A DNA stretch of 32,000 bases, from assembly GCF_009734345.1 (NCBI RefSeq), contig NZ_CP032551.1:540001-572000 (forward strand). The letters are read 5' to 3'. The notes under the pieces are model-generated. The model was not told the origin of the DNA and did no database searches. It saw only the letters and a program-made list of their open reading frames with translations. The stretch is from Pseudidiomarina andamanensis (GTDB lineage: Bacteria > Pseudomonadota > Gammaproteobacteria > Enterobacterales > Alteromonadaceae). Shown here piece by piece: positions 9,843-17,839 of this stretch. Each line of letters begins with the position of its first letter. Position 1 is the stretch's first letter. The position numbers and the translations under genes are program-made.

Positions 9843-9880
9843 TGAACATTGTCAAGAGCTCATGCTAAAATCCGCGCCCT
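9843..9880 (+). promoter_or_regulatory. candidate sigma-70 promoter of rluC with extended -10 and GC-rich discriminator abutting the start codon
   Basis: TGAACA (9843-9848), a 17-nt spacer ending in TGC, TAAAAT (9866-9871), then CCGCGCCCT (9872-9880), then ATG (9881). There is no Shine-Dalgarno sequence. Confidence 0.35.
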
Positions 9881-10846
9881 ATGAGCGAACAAACAACAAT
9901 TTCACAAGGTGTGCGTTTTCAGACCGTTGAATCGGGCTATCAAGACCAACGCATCGACAACTATTTACTTGCGCAGTTAAAAGGCGTACCCAAGTCATTG
10001 GTGTACCGTATACTGCGTAAAGGTGAAGTGCGGGTAAATAAAAAACGCGTCAAACCAGAGTATAAGCTTCAAGTGGGTGATGTAATTCGGATTCCGCCGG
10101 TACGTGTGGCTGAGTCGAACCCGTTACCATCAGCGAATCTTGATCAGGTACAAGCCTTACAACATCAAATTCTGTACGAAGATGATGTACTGATGGTACT
10201 GAACAAACCGGCAGGTTTAGCGGTACATGGCGGTTCAGGGTTGCAATTTGGATTAATTGAAAGTTTGCGCGCGTTACGACCCGATGCGAAACAAATAGAG
10301 CTTGTGCATCGACTTGACCGCGAGACAAGCGGTTGTATTTTGATTGCGAAACGTCGCTCTGCGCTACGTAGCCTGCATGAGCAGTTACGTAACAAAACCA
10401 TGGATAAGCAATATCTTGCTTTAGTGCGTGGGCATTGGCAAAAGCATGTGAAATTTATTGCCGCACCGTTATTGAAGAACACTTTGAAGTCGGGTGAGCG
10501 GGTCGTTCGTGTTGATGCCGAAGGTAAGCCTTCAGAAACACGCTTTCGTATTGTTGAGCAATTTACACAGTGCACCTTAGTAGAGGCTTCGCCGATTACT
10601 GGACGAACGCATCAGATACGTGTTCATGCCTTACATGCAGGTCACCCCATTGCCTGTGATCCGAAATATGGTGATAACGAGTTTGATCAAGCAATGCAGC
10701 AAGTGGGGCTGAACCGTTTGTTTTTGCACGCCCACAAACTTACGTTTAAGCATCCACAAACGGGCAAAGATATTACGGTTGATGCGCCGCTAGATGAGAC
10801 GCTTCGACGCACACTAAAGCAATTAGGTGGCCATAAATTTATATGA
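9881..10846 (+). CDS. rluC: 23S rRNA pseudouridine synthase RluC (RluA family)
   Basis: N-terminal S4-like RNA-binding region (RIDNYLLAQLKGVPKSLVYRILRKGEVRVN). Catalytic HRLDRETSGC motif. Divergent from rne, as in E. coli. Confidence 0.9.
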   Translation: MSEQTTISQGVRFQTVESGYQDQRIDNYLLAQLKGVPKSLVYRILRKGEVRVNKKRVKPEYKLQVGDVIRIPPVRVAESNPLPSANLDQVQALQHQILYEDDVLMVLNKPAGLAVHGGSGLQFGLIESLRALRPDAKQIELVHRLDRETSGCILIAKRRSALRSLHEQLRNKTMDKQYLALVRGHWQKHVKFIAAPLLKNTLKSGERVVRVDAEGKPSETRFRIVEQFTQCTLVEASPITGRTHQIRVHALHAGHPIACDPKYGDNEFDQAMQQVGLNRLFLHAHKLTFKHPQTGKDITVDAPLDETLRRTLKQLGGHKFI

Positions 10847-11484
10847 AGTATCCACTGGTGATTTTTGATTGGGATGGCACCTTAATGGACTCGGTCGGGC
10901 GTATCGTCTCGTCGATGCAACGCACGGCCGCTATCTTAAAACTGCCCGAGCCGACGGTTGCCGCGGTTCGTGAAATTATTGGAATTAGTCTAGAGCCGGC
11001 AATAGAGACCTTATTCGGGCGTTTATCAGCGACGCAATTCGAGCAGTTTATGACGGTATATCGTCAGCAATACGTGCACGAAGATATCACACCATCGCCA
11101 TTGTTCTCTGGTGCTCGCGACACGTTAGAGATATTGCGTGAGCGTGGCTACACGTTGGCGGTAGCAACCGGTAAAGCGCGGCATGGATTGGAACGGGTAT
11201 GGGAAGAGGCTGATATTCGGCATCTCTTTCATACGTCGCGTTGCGCCGACGAAACCGCATCAAAACCGAACCCGAAAATGCTCTTGGATATTCTCGCCGA
11301 AACAGGCTTCCAGGCCGAACAAGCGGTTATGATAGGCGATTCAGTTCATGATATGCGTATGGCAGAAAATGCCCAGATGGCGCGTATTGGTGTGAGCTTT
11401 GGCGCCCACGATGCAAAGCGTCTGCAAAATCATCAACCAATAGCTATTATTGATCAATTGAGCGAACTGAACGACTACGTTTGA
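10843..11484 (+). CDS. HAD-superfamily phosphatase (phosphoglycolate-phosphatase-like subfamily, substrate unknown)
   Basis: All four HAD motifs are visible: I FDWDGTL, II AVATGK, III KPNP, IV GDSVHD. Its ATG overlaps the rluC stop (ATGA, 4-nt overlap). Confidence 0.85.
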   Translation: MKYPLVIFDWDGTLMDSVGRIVSSMQRTAAILKLPEPTVAAVREIIGISLEPAIETLFGRLSATQFEQFMTVYRQQYVHEDITPSPLFSGARDTLEILRERGYTLAVATGKARHGLERVWEEADIRHLFHTSRCADETASKPNPKMLLDILAETGFQAEQAVMIGDSVHDMRMAENAQMARIGVSFGAHDAKRLQNHQPIAIIDQLSELNDYV

Positions 11485-11537
11485 ATGTTCAAATTTACAC
11501 GCTGCAATAACGAACAAAAATTTTAAAGAGTAACGTC

Positions 11538-12146
11538 ATGACCGCATCGATAGTCTTAGCATCGACATCTCCGTTTCGTCGCGAGCTACTAAAAAAAGTA
11601 GTGCAAAACTTCGCTGTAGCAGCACCGCTTGTTGATGAAACACCGCAACCACAAGAAGCGCCGGAAGCTCTCGTTGAGCGTTTGGCAATTGCGAAAGCGA
11701 AAGCGCTTGCTGCAAATTACCCTGCGCATGTGTTAATTGGCTCTGATCAGGTCGCAGTTGTTGATGGCGAGATATTGGGTAAGCCGGGCACGTTCGAAAA
11801 TGCGGTAAAACAATTACAAATGATGCGCGGCAAAACCGTGACGTTTTTAACTGGATTGGCGGTTTATGATAGCGCTCAACAGCGCCTGCAATCATCGGTT
11901 GAGCCGTTTCATGTGACGTTTCGTGAAATTACCGATGCTGAAATTGCCGCTTATGTGCAACGTGAACAGCCTCTGAACTGTGCGGGTAGCTTTAAAAGTG
12001 AGGCGCTCGGTATTAGCTTATTTTCGCGTTTGCATGGTGATGATCCGAACACATTAGTCGGCTTACCGCTCATTCGCTTGCTCGCAATGTTGCGCGAGTG
12101 GGGAATTAACCCGCTCGTTGACGAAAACAGCGAGCAAAGCCAATAA
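11538..12146 (+). CDS. maf: Maf-like nucleoside triphosphate pyrophosphatase (YceF type)
   Basis: N-terminal [13 protein letters not shown] (Maf S-x-S-P-x-R motif) and an internal GSDQVAV block. It lies immediately upstream of yceD-rpmF, like E. coli yceF. Confidence 0.85.
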   Translation: MTASIVLASTSPFRRELLKKVVQNFAVAAPLVDETPQPQEAPEALVERLAIAKAKALAANYPAHVLIGSDQVAVVDGEILGKPGTFENAVKQLQMMRGKTVTFLTGLAVYDSAQQRLQSSVEPFHVTFREITDAEIAAYVQREQPLNCAGSFKSEALGISLFSRLHGDDPNTLVGLPLIRLLAMLREWGINPLVDENSEQSQ

Positions 12147-12152
12147 AACCAC

Positions 12153-12190
12153 TTGTGTTCAGCCGTTTAATCCTTTAACATTCGCGCCCT
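12153..12190 (+). promoter_or_regulatory. candidate sigma-70 promoter of the yceD-rpmF-plsX-fab operon, same architecture as the rluC candidate
   Basis: TTGTGT (12153-12158), a 17-nt spacer, TAACAT (12176-12181), TCGCGCCCT (12182-12190), then ATG (12191). There is no Shine-Dalgarno sequence. Confidence 0.3.
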
Positions 12191-12715
12191 ATGCAGAAGG
12201 TTCGAGTACCGATTACGGTAGATCCGGTTAAAAGTGCCGGCAAACAATTGACTTATATCGGAATCGTTCCGGGGAAGTCGCTTGTTCGTTTACAAGAGTT
12301 GTTGTTGGAAGCCTGTCCTGATATTGATGTATCACTTAATTTTGATATAGACGAGCAGGGCATTAAACGCATTCGCGGTGAAGCACAGGTTACGGTGCAA
12401 GCAAGTTGCGAACGCTGTGGTGACCCAATGACGGTGCCGTTGCAGAGCACATTTATATATGCTCCGCTCACACGGCGACAAACGGCCACCGATATGCCAG
12501 AGGAATACGAACCGATTGAGCTGGATGAACTCGGTGAAGTTAATCTGCATGAACTAGTTGAAGATGAGCTGATATTGGCAATGCCTGTGGTGGTTAAACA
12601 CGACGAGCGCGAATGTCGGGTAGATAGTAATGCAATGAAATGGGGAGTCATTGATGACTCACCGGAAGCAAAGGATAATCCTTTTGCGGTATTGCAAGAA
12701 TTAAAGCGTAAATAA
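12191..12715 (+). CDS. yceD: YceD (DUF177) large-subunit rRNA accumulation protein
   Basis: 174-aa acidic protein directly upstream of rpmF with a Cys-containing block (ASCERCGDPM). The yceD-rpmF pairing is conserved. Confidence 0.85.
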   Translation: MQKVRVPITVDPVKSAGKQLTYIGIVPGKSLVRLQELLLEACPDIDVSLNFDIDEQGIKRIRGEAQVTVQASCERCGDPMTVPLQSTFIYAPLTRRQTATDMPEEYEPIELDELGEVNLHELVEDELILAMPVVVKHDERECRVDSNAMKWGVIDDSPEAKDNPFAVLQELKRK

Positions 12716-12734
12716 ACTTAGGAGATAGCGTAAA

Positions 12735-12905
12735 ATGGCTGTACAACAGAATCGGAAAAGTCGTTCGAAGCGCGACATGCGTCGTTCTCACGATGCACTG
12801 AGCGGCCCTACACTGTCGGTTGATTCTACCTCTGGTGAAACGCATCGTCGTCACCATGTAACAGCTGATGGTTTTTATAAAGGCCGTAAAGTAGTTAACA
12901 AGTAA
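12735..12905 (+). CDS. rpmF: 50S ribosomal protein L32
   Basis: Not in the ORF track (56 aa). ATG at 12735 is preceded by AGGAG. Translation: [56 protein letters not shown], the classic L32 sequence. Stop TAA at 12903-12905. Confidence 0.95.
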   Translation: MAVQQNRKSRSKRDMRRSHDALSGPTLSVDSTSGETHRRHHVTADGFYKGRKVVNK

Positions 12906-12926
12906 CCAGCATTGGAAAGTGAGGCA

Positions 12927-13955
12927 ATGGCCACACTGACAACACTGGCGCTTGATGCAATGGGGGGCGATCATGGCCCCTCAATTGTTATAGACGCCCT
13001 GCAAAGGGCGTTAGATGCATTTCCTGACGTTCATTTCATGGTCGTCGGCGACGAAGAAGAACTCCTTCCATTACTTACTCAAGCTAAGCTTGCAAATCAC
13101 GCACGCGTTACCTTAAAGCATGCGAGCCAAACTGTGACCATGACCGATAAACCCGGTTATTCACTTCGTGCAAAACCTGATTCATCGATGCGTGTTGCCT
13201 TAGAACTTGTTGCTGCTGAAGAAGCTGCAGCTTGTGTTAGCGCAGGTAATACCGGCGCTTTGATGACCAAAGCTTATTTCACCTTAAAAACCTTACCAGG
13301 TGTATTGCGACCGGCACTAATGTCTGCGATACCGCAACAGCAGGGCGGTTCGGCGTTTGTACTTGATTTAGGTGCGAACCCAGTTTGTGATTCCGATACG
13401 CTATTCCAATTCGGTGTGATGGGCTCGGTAGCCGCACAAGAAGTGCTCGGTATTACCAAACCGCGCGTTGCTTTGCTGAATATGGGGGAGGAAGAAATCA
13501 AAGGAAATGATGTGGTGAAAGCCACTGCAGCCTTACTACAACAGTCACAACAGATTAATTATATTGGCTTTATTGAAGGTGATGACCTATTCGCTGGAAA
13601 AGCTGATGTGATTGTGTGTGATGGTTTTGTCGGCAATATCGCGCTAAAAAGCTGTGAAGGTTTAGCTGACCTTTTATTGAATAATATTAAAGCAAATATT
13701 CATGCCCATTGGTTAACCCGATGGTTTGTGAAACTCTTCTATCAACGTTTACAACGCTCATGGGATTGGTTGAAGCCCGACCACTACAATGGCGCGAGTT
13801 TGATAGGATTGCGTGGAGTGGTTATAAAAAGCCATGGTGATGCCAATGCGCGCGCGTTTTATAGTGCCATTGAACAAGCCGTGGAAGAAACTCAACGCGA
13901 TCTACCAACACGAATTCGTGATCGAGTAGAACAAGTTCTGTTAGAGCAGGAATAA
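12927..13955 (+). CDS. plsX: phosphate acyltransferase PlsX
   Basis: N-terminal [12 protein letters not shown] motif and the position after rpmF. I prefer the ATG at 12927 (GTGAGG upstream) over the ORF-track TTG at 12912. Confidence 0.92.
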   Translation: MATLTTLALDAMGGDHGPSIVIDALQRALDAFPDVHFMVVGDEEELLPLLTQAKLANHARVTLKHASQTVTMTDKPGYSLRAKPDSSMRVALELVAAEEAAACVSAGNTGALMTKAYFTLKTLPGVLRPALMSAIPQQQGGSAFVLDLGANPVCDSDTLFQFGVMGSVAAQEVLGITKPRVALLNMGEEEIKGNDVVKATAALLQQSQQINYIGFIEGDDLFAGKADVIVCDGFVGNIALKSCEGLADLLLNNIKANIHAHWLTRWFVKLFYQRLQRSWDWLKPDHYNGASLIGLRGVVIKSHGDANARAFYSAIEQAVEETQRDLPTRIRDRVEQVLLEQE

Positions 13956-13963
13956 ACGTTATT

Positions 13964-14923
13964 ATGCCATCAGTAATTGCAGGAACTGGCCATTATTTAC
14001 CGGCCCAGCGCCTGACCAACACTATGCTAGAGCAACGTGTTGATACAAGCCATGACTGGATTGTTGAACGCACGGGAATTCACGAGCGCCGTATTGCCGA
14101 GCCTACAGAGAGTGCTGTAACAATGGGCGCTGCCGCGGCACGTCAAGCGTTGCAAGCAGCAAACATTAACGCCGATGATATTGATTTGATCATTGTGGCG
14201 ACTACGTCGGGCGAGCGTGCTTTTCCGAGTGTTGCGTGTGAAATTCAAGCGGCTCTCACCGAAAATAATATTCCAGCATTTGACGTGGCGGCCGCCTGTT
14301 CCGGTTTTATCTTTGCTTTGAGTGTGGCGGATCAGTACATTCGGAGTGGTATGTATGGGAAAGTACTGGTTATTGGCTCCGATGTTTTATCACGGTTGTG
14401 TCATCCGGATGACCGCAATACACTCGTATTGTTTGGCGACGGCGCCGGTGCTGTCGTGCTTGAAGCAAGTGATCGCGCTGGTATTATGTCGACGCACCTG
14501 AACAGTGCCGGCGAATTTGCAGATTTATTAGGTGTGAATCATTTATCGCGTACCTCACCTGAGCAACTCGGTGAAGCCTGGATGTATATGAAAGGCAACG
14601 AGGTATTTAAAGTGGCGGTCAGTAAGCTGAGTGAATTGGTGGTTGATACCTTAGCCGCCAATAATATGCAGGCTTCAGATCTTGATTGGTTAGTGCCACA
14701 TCAAGCGAATTTGCGCATTATTAAAGCAACTGCAAAGAAGCTGAAAATGCCGATGGATCAAGTGATCACCACGTTAGAATACACCGGCAACACGTCGGCA
14801 GCGTCAGTGCCGATTGCACTTGATGTTGCGATTCGCGATGGTCGTATTCAGCGCGGGCAAAAATTATTATTAGAAGCCTTTGGCGGCGGATTCGCCTGGG
14901 GTTCAGCATTGATTGATTATTAA
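13964..14923 (+). CDS. fabH: 3-oxoacyl-ACP synthase III
   Basis: Cys-His-Asn triad contexts are present: AAACSGF, VPHQAN, GNTSAAS. 319 aa, located after plsX. Confidence 0.95.
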   Translation: MPSVIAGTGHYLPAQRLTNTMLEQRVDTSHDWIVERTGIHERRIAEPTESAVTMGAAAARQALQAANINADDIDLIIVATTSGERAFPSVACEIQAALTENNIPAFDVAAACSGFIFALSVADQYIRSGMYGKVLVIGSDVLSRLCHPDDRNTLVLFGDGAGAVVLEASDRAGIMSTHLNSAGEFADLLGVNHLSRTSPEQLGEAWMYMKGNEVFKVAVSKLSELVVDTLAANNMQASDLDWLVPHQANLRIIKATAKKLKMPMDQVITTLEYTGNTSAASVPIALDVAIRDGRIQRGQKLLLEAFGGGFAWGSALIDY

Positions 14924-14936
14924 TAAGGAAGCATTC

Positions 14937-15854
14937 ATGCGAGCTTATGTTTTTCCAGGGCAAGGTTCACAAGCCGTTGGTATGTTGGCAGATGTCGCGG
15001 CAGAATATCCTGTCGTCGAAGAAACGTTTGCACAAGCTAGTGCCGTTCTCGGTTACGACCTGTGGAAGTTGGTGCAAGATGGCCCAGCAGAGCAACTTAA
15101 CGAAACGCATCGCACACAACCTGCACTGTTAACCGCGAGTGTGGCGCTGTATCGTGTATTAGAGCAGGCTGGTGTTCCAGCTCCTGAAATGATGGCTGGC
15201 CACAGTTTAGGCGAATATTCAGCATTGGTTTGTGCAGGAGCTTTAGCTTTTGAAGAGGCGGTTGTGCTAGTGGCTAAGCGCGGTGAATTTATGCAAAGCG
15301 CAGTACCTGCTGGCGTTGGAGCCATGGCCGCGATTATCGGTTTAGACGACAAGTTAGTGGAACAAGCATGTGCGGAAGTTGCGGGCGATGAAGTTGTATC
15401 GGCTGTCAATTATAACTCGCCAGGTCAGGTTGTTATTGCTGGTCACAAAGCAGCAGTCGAACGCGCTGGAGACGCTTGTATTAAAGCGGGTGCAAAACGT
15501 GCTCTGCCGTTGCCGGTAAGTGTGCCATCGCACTGCTCTTTGATGCAGCCAGCCGCAGAGCAACTTGCTGTCGAACTTGGTAAACTCACCGTGAATACGC
15601 CGCAAGTACCGGTCGTCAATAACGTTGACGTCGCCGCTCCGCGTGAAGCGGATGAAATTCGTGATGCCTTAGTTCGCCAACTATACTCGCCAGTACGTTG
15701 GACTGAAACTGTTCAATACCTCGCTGAACAAGGGGTAACTGAAATGTACGAAATTGGTCCAGGTAAAGTTTTAACTGGCTTAACTAAACGCATTGATAAA
15801 GCGATTCAAGGCGACGCCGTGAACACGGTCGACGCGATTGCAGCAAGGAAATAA
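14937..15854 (+). CDS. fabD: malonyl-CoA:ACP transacylase
   Basis: FPGQGSQ and GHSLGEYSA motifs. ATG at 14937 follows an AAGGA RBS. The ORF-track start at 14913 overlaps the fabH end and is probably an over-extension. Confidence 0.95.
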   Translation: MRAYVFPGQGSQAVGMLADVAAEYPVVEETFAQASAVLGYDLWKLVQDGPAEQLNETHRTQPALLTASVALYRVLEQAGVPAPEMMAGHSLGEYSALVCAGALAFEEAVVLVAKRGEFMQSAVPAGVGAMAAIIGLDDKLVEQACAEVAGDEVVSAVNYNSPGQVVIAGHKAAVERAGDACIKAGAKRALPLPVSVPSHCSLMQPAAEQLAVELGKLTVNTPQVPVVNNVDVAAPREADEIRDALVRQLYSPVRWTETVQYLAEQGVTEMYEIGPGKVLTGLTKRIDKAIQGDAVNTVDAIAARK

Positions 15855-15855
15855 T

Positions 15856-16602
15856 ATGACTGATTTAATGAATCTTGATGGCCAAGTGGCTCTGGTTACA
15901 GGTGCCAGCCGAGGCATTGGAAAAGCAATTGCACAGCAACTTGCTGCCCGTGGTGTAAAGGTAGTTGGTACGGCTACTACCGAAAGTGGTGCGAGCGCGA
16001 TTAGCGAGTACTTAGGTGCTGATGGGGAAGGCGTTGCATTAAATGTAACGGATGAAACAAGTGTTACGGCTGTTTTAAAACATATTGACGACACTTATGG
16101 TCAACTTGATATTTTGGTTAATAACGCCGGTATTACCCGTGATAACTTGTTGATGCGCATGAAAGACGATGAATGGGATAGTGTGATGGACACAAACCTG
16201 AAATCAGTCTATCGCTTGAGTAAAGGCGTGATGCGCGGCATGATGAAACGTCGCCAAGGGCGTATCATTAATATTTCATCGGTGGTCGGAACTACTGGTA
16301 ACCCGGGACAGACTAACTATTGTGCTGCAAAAGCTGGATTAGCTGGATTTACCAAAGCATTAGCAAAAGAAATCGCAGCGCGCGGTATTACCGTGAACTG
16401 CGTTGCGCCAGGTTTTATCGATACCGATATGACCAAAGCGTTGACAGAGGATCAGAAACAAGCGATTTTTGCCAATATACCGGCAGCTCGCTTAGGACAA
16501 CCTGACGAAATTGCAGCGGCAGTGGTGTTTTTAGCATCGCCAGGCGCGGCTTATATTACGGGTGAAACCATTCACGTGAATGGCGGAATGGCCATGGTAT
16601 AA
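15856..16602 (+). CDS. fabG: 3-oxoacyl-ACP reductase
   Basis: SDR motifs TGASRGIG, NNAG and YCAAK. ATG at 15856 lies 1 nt after the fabD stop, with AAGGA upstream. The ORF-track start at 15838 lies inside fabD. Confidence 0.95.
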   Translation: MTDLMNLDGQVALVTGASRGIGKAIAQQLAARGVKVVGTATTESGASAISEYLGADGEGVALNVTDETSVTAVLKHIDDTYGQLDILVNNAGITRDNLLMRMKDDEWDSVMDTNLKSVYRLSKGVMRGMMKRRQGRIINISSVVGTTGNPGQTNYCAAKAGLAGFTKALAKEIAARGITVNCVAPGFIDTDMTKALTEDQKQAIFANIPAARLGQPDEIAAAVVFLASPGAAYITGETIHVNGGMAMV

Positions 16603-16753
16603 GTGAATATGACGGCATTTTTTGCTTCGGCAAAGAAGCCAAGGGGTATGACCTGTCAAGGTTGGACCATTTTTTGCTTTATTATTGCCGTCGCATTCAC
16701 TACACTAAGCCCAATTTTGAACTCATGACCTAAAATCAAGGGACATATATACA

Positions 16754-16993
16754 ATGAGCACTATCGAAGAACGCGTTAAAAAAATCATCGTTGAACAACT
16801 AGGTGTTAAAGAAGAAGAAGTAAAACCAGAAGCTTCTTTTGAAAATGACCTCGGTGCAGATTCATTAGATATCGTAGAGTTAGTAATGGCTCTCGAAGAA
16901 GAATTTGAAACTGAAATTCCAGACGAAGAAGCTGAGAAAATCAGAACTGTTGAAGCTGCGATTGAGTATGTGAAAAATCACTCAAACGACTAA
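16754..16993 (+). CDS. acpP: acyl carrier protein
   Basis: [18 protein letters not shown]...[19 protein letters not shown], with the DSL phosphopantetheine-attachment serine. 79 aa. Confidence 0.97.
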   Translation: MSTIEERVKKIIVEQLGVKEEEVKPEASFENDLGADSLDIVELVMALEEEFETEIPDEEAEKIRTVEAAIEYVKNHSND

Positions 16994-17010
16994 GCCGAAA
17001 TAGCGAGAAG

Positions 17011-17036
17011 GGCGGAATGAGAATTCCGCCTTTTTT
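17011..17036 (+). terminator. rho-independent terminator/attenuator after acpP
   Basis: GGCGGAAT (17011-17018) / ATTCCGCC (17023-17030) with a GAGA loop, followed by T6 (17031-17036). The pabC ATG begins at 17039. Confidence 0.8.
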
Positions 17037-17038
17037 GT

Positions 17039-17839
17039 ATGTGGCATAACGGCCAGTTTATCTCCCAATCTTCCCTCGATCGTGGCCTGCAATTTGGCGA
17101 CGGGCACTTCACTACACTCGTCATACGACACGGTCAACCTGAATTTTGGCCACGCCACTGGCAGCGTTTAGCGGAAGCCAGTCAACGTTTAGCGATGGCG
17201 TTACCACCGCGTTTTGAAATCGAACAACTTTTAACGACAATCGCACAACAACAACCGGATTGTGTGGTCAAAATCGTTATTACGCGTGGGTATAGCGAAC
17301 GCGGTTATGCACCGCAGACCGCAGCTTCAGTAAACTGGTATGTAACAACGGCGCCATTATCACCATGGCAACAGCGCGCTTTGCATGTTGAAAGGGCTGA
17401 ACTCCAATTAGCCATACAACCACGACTAGCTGGTTTAAAAACGTTAAATCGGCTCGAGCAAGTGTTAGTGGCGCAAGAACGCATTGAACGGTGCGTAGAT
17501 GATTTGATTGTCTGCGATAGTAACCTTCACATTGTAGAGGCGATCAGTAGCAATTTATTCTGGTATGATGGCGATAACTGGCGGATTCCGCAGTTAAAAA
17601 ACGCCGGCATTGCCGGTATTATGCAAGCAGAAATTTGTGCTGCGGTGCTGCCTGAAGCAAGACCCACGTTAGCGGTTTGGGACGATTTAGTATCGGCCGA
17701 ACAAGCCTTTGTGTGTAATACTGTTTTAGGGCCGCGCCCGATAGGTCAAGTTGGGGCAAGACCATTGCCGCAGCAAGTATTACCAGAGGTTGTGAACACG
17801 TGGTATTTAAACGTTTTATCCAAATCTTCGTCAGCTTAA
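17039..17839 (+). CDS. pabC: aminodeoxychorismate lyase
   Basis: N-terminus MWHNGQFISQSSLDRGLQFGDGHFTT parallels E. coli PabC (MFLINGHKQ...ATQFGDGCFTT). The position before mltG-tmk-holB is conserved. Confidence 0.85.
   Translation: MWHNGQFISQSSLDRGLQFGDGHFTTLVIRHGQPEFWPRHWQRLAEASQRLAMALPPRFEIEQLLTTIAQQQPDCVVKIVITRGYSERGYAPQTAASVNWYVTTAPLSPWQQRALHVERAELQLAIQPRLAGLKTLNRLEQVLVAQERIERCVDDLIVCDSNLHIVEAISSNLFWYDGDNWRIPQLKNAGIAGIMQAEICAAVLPEARPTLAVWDDLVSAEQAFVCNTVLGPRPIGQVGARPLPQQVLPEVVNTWYLNVLSKSSSA

Noticed and set aside
12912-12926. N-terminal extensions proposed by the ORF track: plsX at 12912, fabD at 14913, fabG at 15838, maiA at 2963, ydjA at 26121, sppA at 26044 and pilZ at 20393.
   Set aside because: The extensions start on TTG/GTG codons or inside the preceding gene, without an SD. 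In-frame ATGs a few codons downstream have good RBSs and match the N-termini of the known families.
12648-12974. A 108-aa minus-strand ORF covering the yceD end, rpmF and the plsX start.
   Set aside because: It is antisense to a perfect L32 gene, which has an AGGAG RBS and a classic sequence. Its composition is Cys/Arg-rich, as expected for a shadow frame.
16609-16728. A 39-codon ORF in the fabG-acpP spacer ([39 protein letters not shown]) with a hydrophobic, TM-like C-terminal half.
   Set aside because: It has no convincing SD. It lies where the acpP promoter should be. The hydrophobicity follows trivially from the T-rich spacer. Without conservation or ribosome-profiling evidence I do not call it a gene.
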